NCBI GenBank assembly: GCA_030630935.1
Contig: DAOVMD010000001.1
Span: forward strand, 1-42,898
Reading direction: 5' to 3'
Source: Candidatus Mcinerneyibacteriota bacterium
GTDB taxonomy: Bacteria; AUK180; JAQVHJ01
Length of the DNA stretch: 42,898 bases
The notes beneath the pieces were generated by a model, which saw only the letters and a list, made by a program, of their open reading frames with translations, was not told the origin of the DNA and made no database searches. This document shows positions 1-7,414 of the stretch, in pieces; the first letter of the stretch is position 1, and the number at the start of each line of letters is the position of its first letter. Made by a program: the position numbers and the translations under genes.

Positions 1-238
1 CAAAGGAACGAATATATTTATCCCAGTTTTTTTCATCTTGATAATAGTAGACTTTCTCGTTTTTTTCAATAATTTTCTTCAAATTACTTAATTTATTTCT
101 CATAATGTCCAAGTCAAAAGGAACATTATATTCGTTTCTATAATTATCAGAAAATATTAGAATATAAAAACCTAAATACACCATTGAAAATATAATTAAA
201 ACTACATATAGGGCATTTTTTAATTTAATCTTATTCAT
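1..238 (-). CDS. Partial CDS: the N-terminal 79 codons, with the gene continuing past the left window edge. Hypothetical protein with an N-terminal membrane anchor.
   Basis: My own minus-strand translation from the ATG at 238-236 gives MNKIKLKNALYVVLIIFSMVYLGFYILIFSDNYRNEYNVPFDLDIMRNKLSNLKKIIEKNEKVYYYQDEKNWDKYIRSF. That is 79 codons without a stop in very AT-rich DNA, with a hydrophobic stretch near residues 9-28. It is absent from the ORF track because it is edge-truncated. The AAGGA sits very close to the ATG, so the start is uncertain. No family recognised. Confidence 0.45.
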   Translation of the reverse strand, partial: MNKIKLKNALYVVLIIFSMVYLGFYILIFSDNYRNEYNVPFDLDIMRNKLSNLKKIIEKNEKVYYYQDEKNWDKYIRSF

Positions 239-454
239 ATCCTTAATTATTAGATTTTAACTTTCAAAAGAACCTTCAATAAGGTAAAATCTACGTGAGT
301 AATGGGATAAATCAATTGTTATAATGGTTTACCCCACTTAACCAACTGGGTTAAGTTAATAACTCTTAAAAAGGTTATATTATGATAACAAAAAATTCAA
401 CAGAAGTCAAGAAGAAAAAAAGTGTTAGTAGTGTGTATGAACTGTCCAAAAAAT

Positions 455-757
455 TTTGAATAGAGCCGACCTATGAGATGCTGACGGTAATAGCTGGCCT
501 TAAAATGCTCAACAGATTCGTAAACAAGGTTAATTTCTACAGGTTAAGGGAATTTATTCCTAATATAGTATAAATAACCCAATTAAGGGGGATTAAAATC
601 GGGACTAAAGTTCACTTCTGTTAAATTTGTTAACTTTATAGAGAACTAAGAGCAGATACCAGAAAAGAATTGTTTCCAAAGCAAAGTAGAGACGCATCGA
701 AGATCTAGCGAAGCGTCAAAGGCTTTCGACCTGACAGTAAGAGTTTAACCCCCCCAA
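455..757. other. GC-elevated, ORF-free, hairpin-rich island inside a 720-bp divergent intergenic region. Candidate structured non-coding RNA of unknown class.
   Basis: No ORF of 60 aa or more on any frame between 239 and 958, and all frames I translated are stop-riddled. By eye the composition is clearly richer in G+C than the flanks. Local helices include GACGC-A-TCG...CGA-A-GCGTC (691-717), GGAA-TTTA-TTCC (549-560), and GAAT/GAGC (about 460-468) pairing with GCTC/ATTC (about 508-520). A CTTAACC/GGTTAAG hairpin lies just upstream at 337-355. The island ends in a C7A7 tract (749-762). Strand and exact ends are undetermined. Confidence 0.3.
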
Positions 758-892
758 AAAAATTAATAAGGTTTCCACATCTTTTCACTTTTAAAACTCA
801 ATTAATAAAAGATATTACAATATTTATATAGTTTTAGGTAGAATTTTTAGGGGAACTTCCAAAAGAAAAATCATAGTATCACTTTTATTTAC

Positions 893-921
893 TTGAAAAA
901 TCTGTAAAGATTTGTTATAAT
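893..921 (+). promoter_or_regulatory. Sigma70-type promoter candidate for the 959-1651 gene
   Basis: TTGAAA (893-898), 17-nt spacer, TATAAT (916-921), about 37 nt upstream of the ATG at 959. A GAGGAAGGA Shine-Dalgarno-like element lies between. AT-rich background raises the false-positive risk. Confidence 0.45.
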
Positions 922-958
922 CTATTTTATTAATATAAAGAGGAAGGAACTTTTTAAA

Positions 959-1651
959 ATGAAATTATCAATTGTTATACCTGTTTATAATGAAGAAGAA
1001 ACTGTTGAAGCCGTTATTGATAAGATATCGTCCATTGATAACCTTGGTCTTGAAATCGAAATAGTCGTGATTGACGACGCGTCTGTCGACAATAGTTTAA
1101 ATATTCTAAAAAGGCTTGCTGAGAGACATGACAAGGTTAAGGTTATTGCTCATGCCGTAAATTTTGGGAAAACAGCTGCATTAAACACAGGGTTCAAAGA
1201 TGCGTCAGGAGATATTATAATTATTCAAGATGCAGACTTGGAATATAACCCTGAAGACTACAAATCTCTTATCCAGCCAATCCTTGATGGAAAAACAAAT
1301 GTTGTTTATGGTTCAAGATTCCTTAACCCAAATTTAAAAATGCCATTCTGGTTCAAAGTCGGAAATAAGTTCTTAACTTTCATAACAAATATTCTCTTTG
1401 GATTACACCTAACTGATATGGAAACATGTTATAAGGTTTTTAAAGCACCTGTTTTAGAGGGAATTGAAATAAAATCTAAGGGGTTTGGTTTTGAACCCGA
1501 ATTTACAGCTAAGATTGCAAAAAATAAACATAAGATATTAGAAATACCAATTAGCTATAATAGAAGAGATTATTCAGAAGGGAAAAAGATTATAGTATTT
1601 GATGGAATTGTAGCATTTTTTTCAATCGTTTGGTATAGATTTTTTAATTAA
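959..1651 (+). CDS. GT2 glycosyltransferase, polyprenol-phosphate sugar synthase type (DPM1/ArnC/GtrB-like catalytic domain)
   Basis: 230 aa. N-terminal LSIVIPVYNEEE, then VIDDASVDNS and QDADLEYNPED (DxD region), then DMETCYKVF. This short soluble GT-A architecture is typical of dolichyl/undecaprenyl-phosphate hexose synthases. Confidence 0.8.
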   Translation: MKLSIVIPVYNEEETVEAVIDKISSIDNLGLEIEIVVIDDASVDNSLNILKRLAERHDKVKVIAHAVNFGKTAALNTGFKDASGDIIIIQDADLEYNPEDYKSLIQPILDGKTNVVYGSRFLNPNLKMPFWFKVGNKFLTFITNILFGLHLTDMETCYKVFKAPVLEGIEIKSKGFGFEPEFTAKIAKNKHKILEIPISYNRRDYSEGKKIIVFDGIVAFFSIVWYRFFN

Positions 1652-1806
1652 TCTTTCTTTTTAAAATATCTGTACTTATATATCGTAATCCTAATTTATC
1701 GCTTTCTGAAATACTTAATGAACGCGAAGTTATAGTACCATAAATATAGCAAGTAAAAATAAGAAATCAAAGATTAAGTTAGGCGGAAATTTTATTAATA
1801 TTTTTA

Positions 1807-2121
1807 TTAATAGAATTGCTCCTGGGATTTTAGAACCCCAATAAACCAATTAACAAGATTCTCATATCTTGTTTTTTGGGATCAATTTAATATACTATTT
1901 TGATAAACAGTTCTATAGTCAGAAATTGATATCTTTTTATTTAAATAGCCGTTTTCGATACAAAAATCAAAAATCTTTGTTCCTTTATACAGTTAAAATA
2001 ACATGAAATGAGGATAATTTGTCCCAAGCCTGGCATTAAAGATAACAGTATTTAATTCATCTTTAATTTTTTCCAGCCAATTCTTTTCTTCAAAAGGAAT
2101 TAACATTTCTACAATATTCAT
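1807..2121 (-). pseudogene. Candidate decayed gene of unknown family: 105 codons in one frame, interrupted by two in-frame stops
   Basis: My translation from the ATG at 2121-2119 gives MNIVEMLIPFEEKNWLEKIKDELNTVIFNARLGTNYPHFMLF*LYKGTKIFDFCIENGYLNKKISISDYRTVYQNSILN*SQKTRYENLVNWFIGVLKSQEQFY*. Open runs of 42, 36 and 24 codons fall consecutively in the same frame. That is unlikely by chance where stops are expected about every 12 codons. No family recognised. Confidence 0.3.
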
Positions 2122-2272
2122 AGGGTGTTTCCATTAAAAAATAAATTTTCATATTTTGGCTTTAACCTTTCTAATCATATTTTTTCTTATTTATAGGGTA
2201 TCTTGATTAAAGATATCCATTGTCTATTAAAGATCTGGAAATAAATCCTGCTATCAATTCATTTCCACACAT

Positions 2273-2962
2273 TTAATACCACCCAAATCTAACTTTTATT
2301 AGAACCCACAGTGCAACGAATCCGCCCTTCCAATTTATTTTTTTACCATCAGCATTTTTCCTGGGATTATATGTAATTGGTACCTCATATATTTTTAAAC
2401 CATTTTTCAATATCTTTGCTGTAATTTCCGATTCTATATCGAAACGGTTACTTTTTAATTTCAGTTTTTCTAAAACTTCACTTGTCAAGACTTTATAACA
2501 AGTCTCCATATCTGATATCCTTCCTCTGAACAGTATATTCGTAACCAGCACCAGAAACTTATTCCCCAGATAAAACAGCAGAGCCCCCTAATTTTTATTC
2601 CCTTTATGGAACCGATTCCCATAAACCACCTTTTTATTCTCTTCTAAAATTGGTATTAATAGATTCTTAATATCTTCTGGATTCAGTTCCAGGTCCGCGT
2701 CCTGAATCAATAAAATATCTCCGGATGCTTTTGAATAACCTTCTCGAACTGCTGCGCCCTTACCGCGATTCCTTTTAAATAACGATATTTTAATATTTGA
2801 TTCTGGGAATTTCCTGACAACACCTGCTGTTCCATCAGTTGAACCATCGTCTACAACAGTTATTTCTTTCTCGATAGGAAGTTGAAGAGATTAAACCATT
2901 TCAACAATTTGTTTAATTGTTTTAATTTCATTATAAACTGGAATTATTATAGATAGCTTAAT
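2273..2962 (-). pseudogene. Inactivated paralog of the 959-1651 GT2 polyprenol-phosphate sugar synthase, with a lost ATG and two in-frame stops
   Basis: The track ORF 2273-2551 covers only the C-terminal 92 aa (NILFRGRISDMETCYKVL...TAKILKN...GKKI). It aligns with NILFGLHLTDMETCYKVF...TAKIAKN...GKKI of the intact gene. Reading the same frame upstream gives IKLSIIIPVYNEIKTIKQIVEMV*SLQLPIEKEITVVDDGSTDGTAGVV...GDILLIQDADLELNPEDIKNLLIPILEENKKVVYGNRFHKGNKN*GALLFYLGNKFLVLVTNILF. Total length is 690 nt, the same as the intact paralog. The start position is ATT (2962-2960), with TAA at 2893-2891 and TAG at 2590-2588. Confidence 0.8.
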
Positions 2963-2977
2963 ATTTTTTTTAATAAC

Positions 2978-4459
2978 TCATTCATAATTTTCTAATGTTT
3001 TAATCTTAAATTTTCCTTTCTCAAAATATTCTTTACCATATACAGATTCTTCAATATTTATTAAATTAATTTTGTTAATATTGCGCCCCACATTAAGTCC
3101 CATTTCTATTGCATGATCTTGATTATTATAACGGAACAATCCGTTTCTACCGATAACAATTAAGTTTTTGATATTACTTAAATATTCTTTGATGACCTTT
3201 AAGTTCTCTAAATAATTTAATTTATAAATTGGATATGCATCTTTTTCTTTATGAATAAAATAATTCATCACTTCTTTATATTCTATATATTTTAATCGCT
3301 CTAAATGTGGATATACTAAGTGAAATAGTTTATCTTTATCCATATTCCAAATATTATCATGATCGTCACAAAAGAATTCTACAACTAAAGATGTCTTTTG
3401 GGGGGGAGATAAAGAAGAACTAAAATTCTTCGGCTCCATAATCCTACCAAACGGAATTTCTTTATTTGGAAAATAAATCCATTGATCATCAAATATTCGA
3501 GGTTTATCTAATAAAATAATTAAAGAAATATGTGATCTGAATTTTAGGCACTTAAATGCATTGAGTACGGATTGAGGAGGAGGGGGTTCTAATTTTGACA
3601 AGAGTATTGTAATTGGAATTGAAGAAATTACATCTCCATTTATATTTACTTCAAAATGTTTCTTTCCATTAAACAGAATTTTATATATTTTGCAATGATT
3701 ATGATAAATAACCTCGGGAAATGTATTAAATTCAATTTCTCCTCTGTTGCTTTTGAGTATCATCTTTTTCATATATTCATATAACATACTAGAACCAAAT
3801 CTGGGATAATAAAAATAATCGATTAGGGTTTTAGTATTGTTTTTATTTAAAAAGAGATTTTTTAATATTTCGATAATCGATAATTTTTTAATTCTTTGTT
3901 GTGCCCAATCTGCAGATATATGCTTCGGAGATATTCCCCATATTTTCTCAGAATAATTTATCATATTTAAATTTGACAAAGTTTTCCCAAATTCAGAAAT
4001 AAAAAATTCTTCTAGAGAATTTACCTTTTTCTCTCTAGTTAATCTCTTGATTCTTTCATAAATATATTCCAGAATAATTCTACCACTTTTTAAAAATCCA
4101 ATGTTTTTTAATACATTTCCAAGCTTAATAGGATAAAAATAATATTTTCTATCTATATAAAATCGAGTTATTCTCTTAACAGTCAATAATTCATCACCTA
4201 ATAAGTCTTTAACAAAATTTAATATTTCTTTATTCTTTGTAAAAAATCGATGTGGTCCGATATCAGTCTTAAACTCACCATATTCTAAGGTTTTAGATAA
4301 ACCTCCAACATTTGATTCTTTCTCAATTATAAAGACTTTCTTAGATTGATCTTCTAATGTTTTACATGCAGCAGATAAACCTGAAGGTCCAGCTCCTATA
4401 ATTATAACTTTTTTGTCGGGGTTATTCACTTTTAGTTTTATTGTTCTCCAATATCTCAT
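2978..4459 (-). CDS. FAD/NAD(P)-binding oxidoreductase (amine-oxidase/protoporphyrinogen-oxidase-like fold; UDP-galactopyranose-mutase-like is possible)
   Basis: 493 aa. N-terminal Rossmann dinucleotide motif KVIIIGAGPSGLSAA followed by IIEKESNVGG and GPHRFF. The gene sits in a glycan locus. The substrate cannot be inferred from sequence alone. Confidence 0.75.
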   Translation of the reverse strand: MRYWRTIKLKVNNPDKKVIIIGAGPSGLSAACKTLEDQSKKVFIIEKESNVGGLSKTLEYGEFKTDIGPHRFFTKNKEILNFVKDLLGDELLTVKRITRFYIDRKYYFYPIKLGNVLKNIGFLKSGRIILEYIYERIKRLTREKKVNSLEEFFISEFGKTLSNLNMINYSEKIWGISPKHISADWAQQRIKKLSIIEILKNLFLNKNNTKTLIDYFYYPRFGSSMLYEYMKKMILKSNRGEIEFNTFPEVIYHNHCKIYKILFNGKKHFEVNINGDVISSIPITILLSKLEPPPPQSVLNAFKCLKFRSHISLIILLDKPRIFDDQWIYFPNKEIPFGRIMEPKNFSSSLSPPQKTSLVVEFFCDDHDNIWNMDKDKLFHLVYPHLERLKYIEYKEVMNYFIHKEKDAYPIYKLNYLENLKVIKEYLSNIKNLIVIGRNGLFRYNNQDHAIEMGLNVGRNINKINLINIEESVYGKEYFEKGKFKIKTLENYE

Positions 4460-5639
4460 TTTCTAACAATGTTTGATAAATAATTTCAGCGATAATTTGG
4501 TTCCCTTGTTTATTAGTATGAGTATCATCAATAAACAATGTTTTATTTGAATAAATAAATCTTGGGTCTTTATTTATATCTACAAACATAATTTCTTTAT
4601 TATTTAATTTTTCTTTTATTTTCCCAAAATAAGAAGAATATAAATATTTCGCATTTGAATAATAAATTGACCAATCTTTATCCTGGGTTATTTTTATTTC
4701 CAATTTAGATGGGGTTTCTTTCATAACTACCGTTGGTTGTAAAAAAACAATATATTTAAAACTAAATGAGGATGATATTTTTTTCATCTTATAACAATTG
4801 TTTACAAAATATTGGATAATAGTTTCAGCTTTTTTATCTATGTTTTCTTTCGAATACTTTAGATCCATCTCTTTTTCTCTTTGAATTAATTTTTTATTCT
4901 TGAGCTTTATTGATACCTGTCTAAAGATATTGCTTTTGTTTAATAGATTAATAAAACCAAGAATAATATTTTGAAATATTTTTTGATCATTACTTATAAA
5001 TCTTTCAAGAGAATCATCAAGCTCATTATAAAGAGGTGATAAGCCTTGGTAGTTCTCAGTTATAATCCCCCAATTAATATCATTCCAACCCGTTAAAGAA
5101 ATAACAATATCCGGATTATAATCAATCATTTCATGTATTAGCAAAGCAAGTTCTTGCGAAGAGGTATATCCTGGAATTCCACAATTCAGAACCTCAATTA
5201 TGTTGTCTTTTTTTCCAAGCTCTTTAACAATGGTAGTAGAATCATCTTCCCATCCTAAATTAAACATTGATGAGCCTCCTAAAAATATAATTCTAATTTT
5301 ACCCGGGGGTTTAATTTTTGAAAACTCTTCTCCGCGAAACCCCTTTGAATTAATTTTGTATTTTGTTACTCCAGCGATTTTTTCTGTTGAATATCCTTTA
5401 TAAAAAACCAGGGGTTGACTTTGGAGAATGTATTCTCCATAACCTCCATATAATAAATTACCATTGAGTGAAACCATTGCAAATTGTTGTATATTTAAAT
5501 CTTTTATTGGAAATTTTCCAATGACATAATCAATAATCGTAAAAAAGATTAAGATTAAAAGTATTGTCGCTATCTTAAATATAGTTTGTTTAATCTTCAT
5601 AATATAAAGTATATCACAAATTAAAAAAAAAGTCAACAC
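4422..5639 (-). CDS. Membrane-anchored SGNH/GDSL-family hydrolase or acyl-esterase-like protein
   Basis: N-terminal TM helix (IFKIATILLILIFFTIIDYVIG). SGNH blocks are IIFLGGSSMFN (I), NCGIPGYTSSQ (II), LTGWNDI (III) and DDTHTN (V). The track start at 5639 is a GTG. The ATG at 5600 (MKIKQ...) is a more likely start. Confidence 0.75.
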   Translation of the reverse strand: MLTFFLICDILYIMKIKQTIFKIATILLILIFFTIIDYVIGKFPIKDLNIQQFAMVSLNGNLLYGGYGEYILQSQPLVFYKGYSTEKIAGVTKYKINSKGFRGEEFSKIKPPGKIRIIFLGGSSMFNLGWEDDSTTIVKELGKKDNIIEVLNCGIPGYTSSQELALLIHEMIDYNPDIVISLTGWNDINWGIITENYQGLSPLYNELDDSLERFISNDQKIFQNIILGFINLLNKSNIFRQVSIKLKNKKLIQREKEMDLKYSKENIDKKAETIIQYFVNNCYKMKKISSSFSFKYIVFLQPTVVMKETPSKLEIKITQDKDWSIYYSNAKYLYSSYFGKIKEKLNNKEIMFVDINKDPRFIYSNKTLFIDDTHTNKQGNQIIAEIIYQTLLENEILENNKTKSE

Positions 5640-5643
5640 ACTA

Positions 5644-7248
5644 CTAGGAATCTTTCTTTCTTAAATATACCTTATATTCCCCGATTGATTTAACACAAAA
5701 ATATTTATGTTTAATGTAAAAATTTAATTGCTTACAATTTCTTATTAATTTTCGAGAATTATATCCATCAAATTTTTCTTCTTCCAGCCAAATGATTAGT
5801 TTTACATTGTTTTTTTCAAGACTTTCTATTATCCTAAGTTGCTTCTCTGTAGTTGGTCTTAAAACCACGTCAATTAATGAATCATAATATGTTGGATTTC
5901 TCCGATTTGTCATGAAATATAATGGAGGAGCACCCCAGGGAACAACAAAAATGTAATCTTCTTCATTTGTATTTGTTAAAATTGTATCCACTAAATCTTG
6001 TGTAATTTTATAGCTCTTTTTTTCTGATGTATAATATTTTGAATGTTGGGATCTTACTATATATATTGGCTTAATTAAAAACTCTAAATCGATTAATGTT
6101 TGTAACACTCCTGTGATACTTATAAGCATAAGAATTGAAATCAACACTCCTTTAATTAATCTAATCGGTTTTTCTTTCTTTTCTAAAAGAATTATCAAAA
6201 AAGCCTGAAAATAAAAAACCGTATTAACTCTAAGGATGTGGTAATAATCAGAGCGACCAAATATCCTTGGTAACATTAAGATTCCCCAAATAATAAACAG
6301 TATAAGAAAGTGTTTTTTGGGTTTTTCTTTTAATAGTAATGACAATGTTAAAACTCCAAAAAACGTAGATATTAAAGGAAATAGATATGTAATTAACATA
6401 AATAGGTAATGTAATAAATGCCTGAGATATTCTGTTGAATTATGATGAAAGGTATGACTTAATAAATATTCCATATGAATTGTTGCTGAATCCATATATG
6501 GCAAACTTGAAACATTGAGGTGTTTTACCGATTCAATTAATGTCTCATTTAAAAATTTACTGAAATAATTTCCCAGATAAAGAAATTCAATAAATAAAAT
6601 TAAAATCATCGGCACAAGAAAAACAATTGTTATTTTAAGTATTCGTGAAAACATTTGTTTTTTATCGTTATAAATATATATCATATATATATATGAGGCA
6701 ATAAAAAATGGTACTATATCATAGAAACTAAAACACATAGAGAAACCGATAAAGATTGAAAAAAGAATTAGATATTTAGTTGTTTGTTGTTTTGAATATT
6801 GAAATAAAAAATAAATAGATACAATTATACAAAGTAAGTGCATTTCTATAAATCCCATCAAACAAAAAATGGAAGATATCCAGGCAGAAAACAGTGAATT
6901 TTTTGAGATATTATTCACCAAAACAAATATTAATACTCCTGCAACTATATATGAAAACCATTCTAAGACTAAAAGCGAAAAGCCATTACCTTGAAATATT
7001 TTCAATATTAATGCTGGAAGTAAAACTTCTCCAGGGGGAAAAAGCAGCCAATAATCAATATATGGCTTTTCGCCAAGTAATATTCTAAATGCATTGTTAA
7101 CATACTCTGCATCATCACCAAAGGGGATATAAAGGCAGACCTGTTTGAATCTTAATAAACTAAATAAGACGAAGAGAAATAAGACTATCAAATGTGGTGA
7201 TATTTTATTTATTGATCTAAACAAATTTTCAAATTCTTTGTTATTCAT
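5644..7248 (-). CDS. GT-C fold glycosyltransferase (ArnT/PMT_2-like, polyprenol-phosphate-sugar dependent)
   Basis: 534 aa and highly polytopic. The first-loop acidic motif FGDDAEYVNNAFRILLGEKPYIDYWLLFPPG matches the D[DE]xxY...G..PY.D....PPG signature of ArnT/PMT_2-type enzymes. A C-terminal soluble domain of about 130 aa is present. Confidence 0.7.
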   Translation of the reverse strand: MNNKEFENLFRSINKISPHLIVLFLFVLFSLLRFKQVCLYIPFGDDAEYVNNAFRILLGEKPYIDYWLLFPPGEVLLPALILKIFQGNGFSLLVLEWFSYIVAGVLIFVLVNNISKNSLFSAWISSIFCLMGFIEMHLLCIIVSIYFLFQYSKQQTTKYLILFSIFIGFSMCFSFYDIVPFFIASYIYMIYIYNDKKQMFSRILKITIVFLVPMILILFIEFLYLGNYFSKFLNETLIESVKHLNVSSLPYMDSATIHMEYLLSHTFHHNSTEYLRHLLHYLFMLITYLFPLISTFFGVLTLSLLLKEKPKKHFLILFIIWGILMLPRIFGRSDYYHILRVNTVFYFQAFLIILLEKKEKPIRLIKGVLISILMLISITGVLQTLIDLEFLIKPIYIVRSQHSKYYTSEKKSYKITQDLVDTILTNTNEEDYIFVVPWGAPPLYFMTNRRNPTYYDSLIDVVLRPTTEKQLRIIESLEKNNVKLIIWLEEEKFDGYNSRKLIRNCKQLNFYIKHKYFCVKSIGEYKVYLRKKDS

Positions 7249-7254
7249 TTCTTA

Positions 7255-7283
7255 ATTATACAGAAATTTAAAAAAAATGTCAA
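7255..7283 (-). promoter_or_regulatory. Consensus sigma70 promoter abutting the start codon of the 5644-7248 gene; implies a leaderless mRNA
   Basis: Minus strand reads TTGACA (7283-7278), 17-nt spacer, TATAAT (7260-7255). Only 6 nt (TAAGAA) separate it from the ATG at 7248, with no Shine-Dalgarno sequence. Confidence 0.5.
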
Positions 7284-7368
7284 CTAGTATTTGGATTTAA
7301 TTTTGCAAATTTTTTAAAAATATATTATAATAAAGTCTTATTTATCTTATATATATTAAAAATTTTCA

Positions 7369-7397
7369 TTGCATTTTTTATTAGAATATTATATAAT
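7369..7397 (+). promoter_or_regulatory. Sigma70-type promoter candidate for the amidotransferase operon
   Basis: TTGCAT (7369-7374), 17-nt spacer, TATAAT (7392-7397). An AAAGGAG Shine-Dalgarno sequence (7402-7408) and the ATG at 7415 follow. A second equally good match lies upstream: TTGCAA (7303-7308), 17 nt, TATAAT (7326-7331). Confidence 0.45.
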
Positions 7398-7414
7398 CAA
7401 CAAAGGAGATTTTA

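Noticed and set aside
382-459. 25-codon Lys-rich ORF (MITKNSTEVKKKKSVSSVYELSKKF)
   Set aside because: Too short and too low in complexity to support as a gene. Such ORFs are expected by chance.
455-757. Identity of the GC-elevated island as tmRNA, RNase P RNA, SRP RNA, or a TPP, cobalamin or FMN riboswitch
   Set aside because: The minus strand starts GGGGGGG...GGTCGAAAG, which superficially resembles a tmRNA 5' end. However, there is no T-arm/CCA-type 3' end, no Ala-Ala-stop tag frame, no RNase P GAGGAAAGUCC/ACAGAA core, no SRP GGAAGCAGC motif and no riboswitch core box.
2273-2962. Stop-codon reassignment or programmed readthrough as the explanation for the in-frame TAA/TAG (and the TAA/TGA at 1807-2121)
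   Set aside because: TAA (gyrA, gyrB), TGA (dnaN) and TAG (the 5644-7248 gene) all terminate well-conserved genes at their expected lengths in this window. The GT2 copy has also lost its ATG. Pseudogenisation is the simpler reading.
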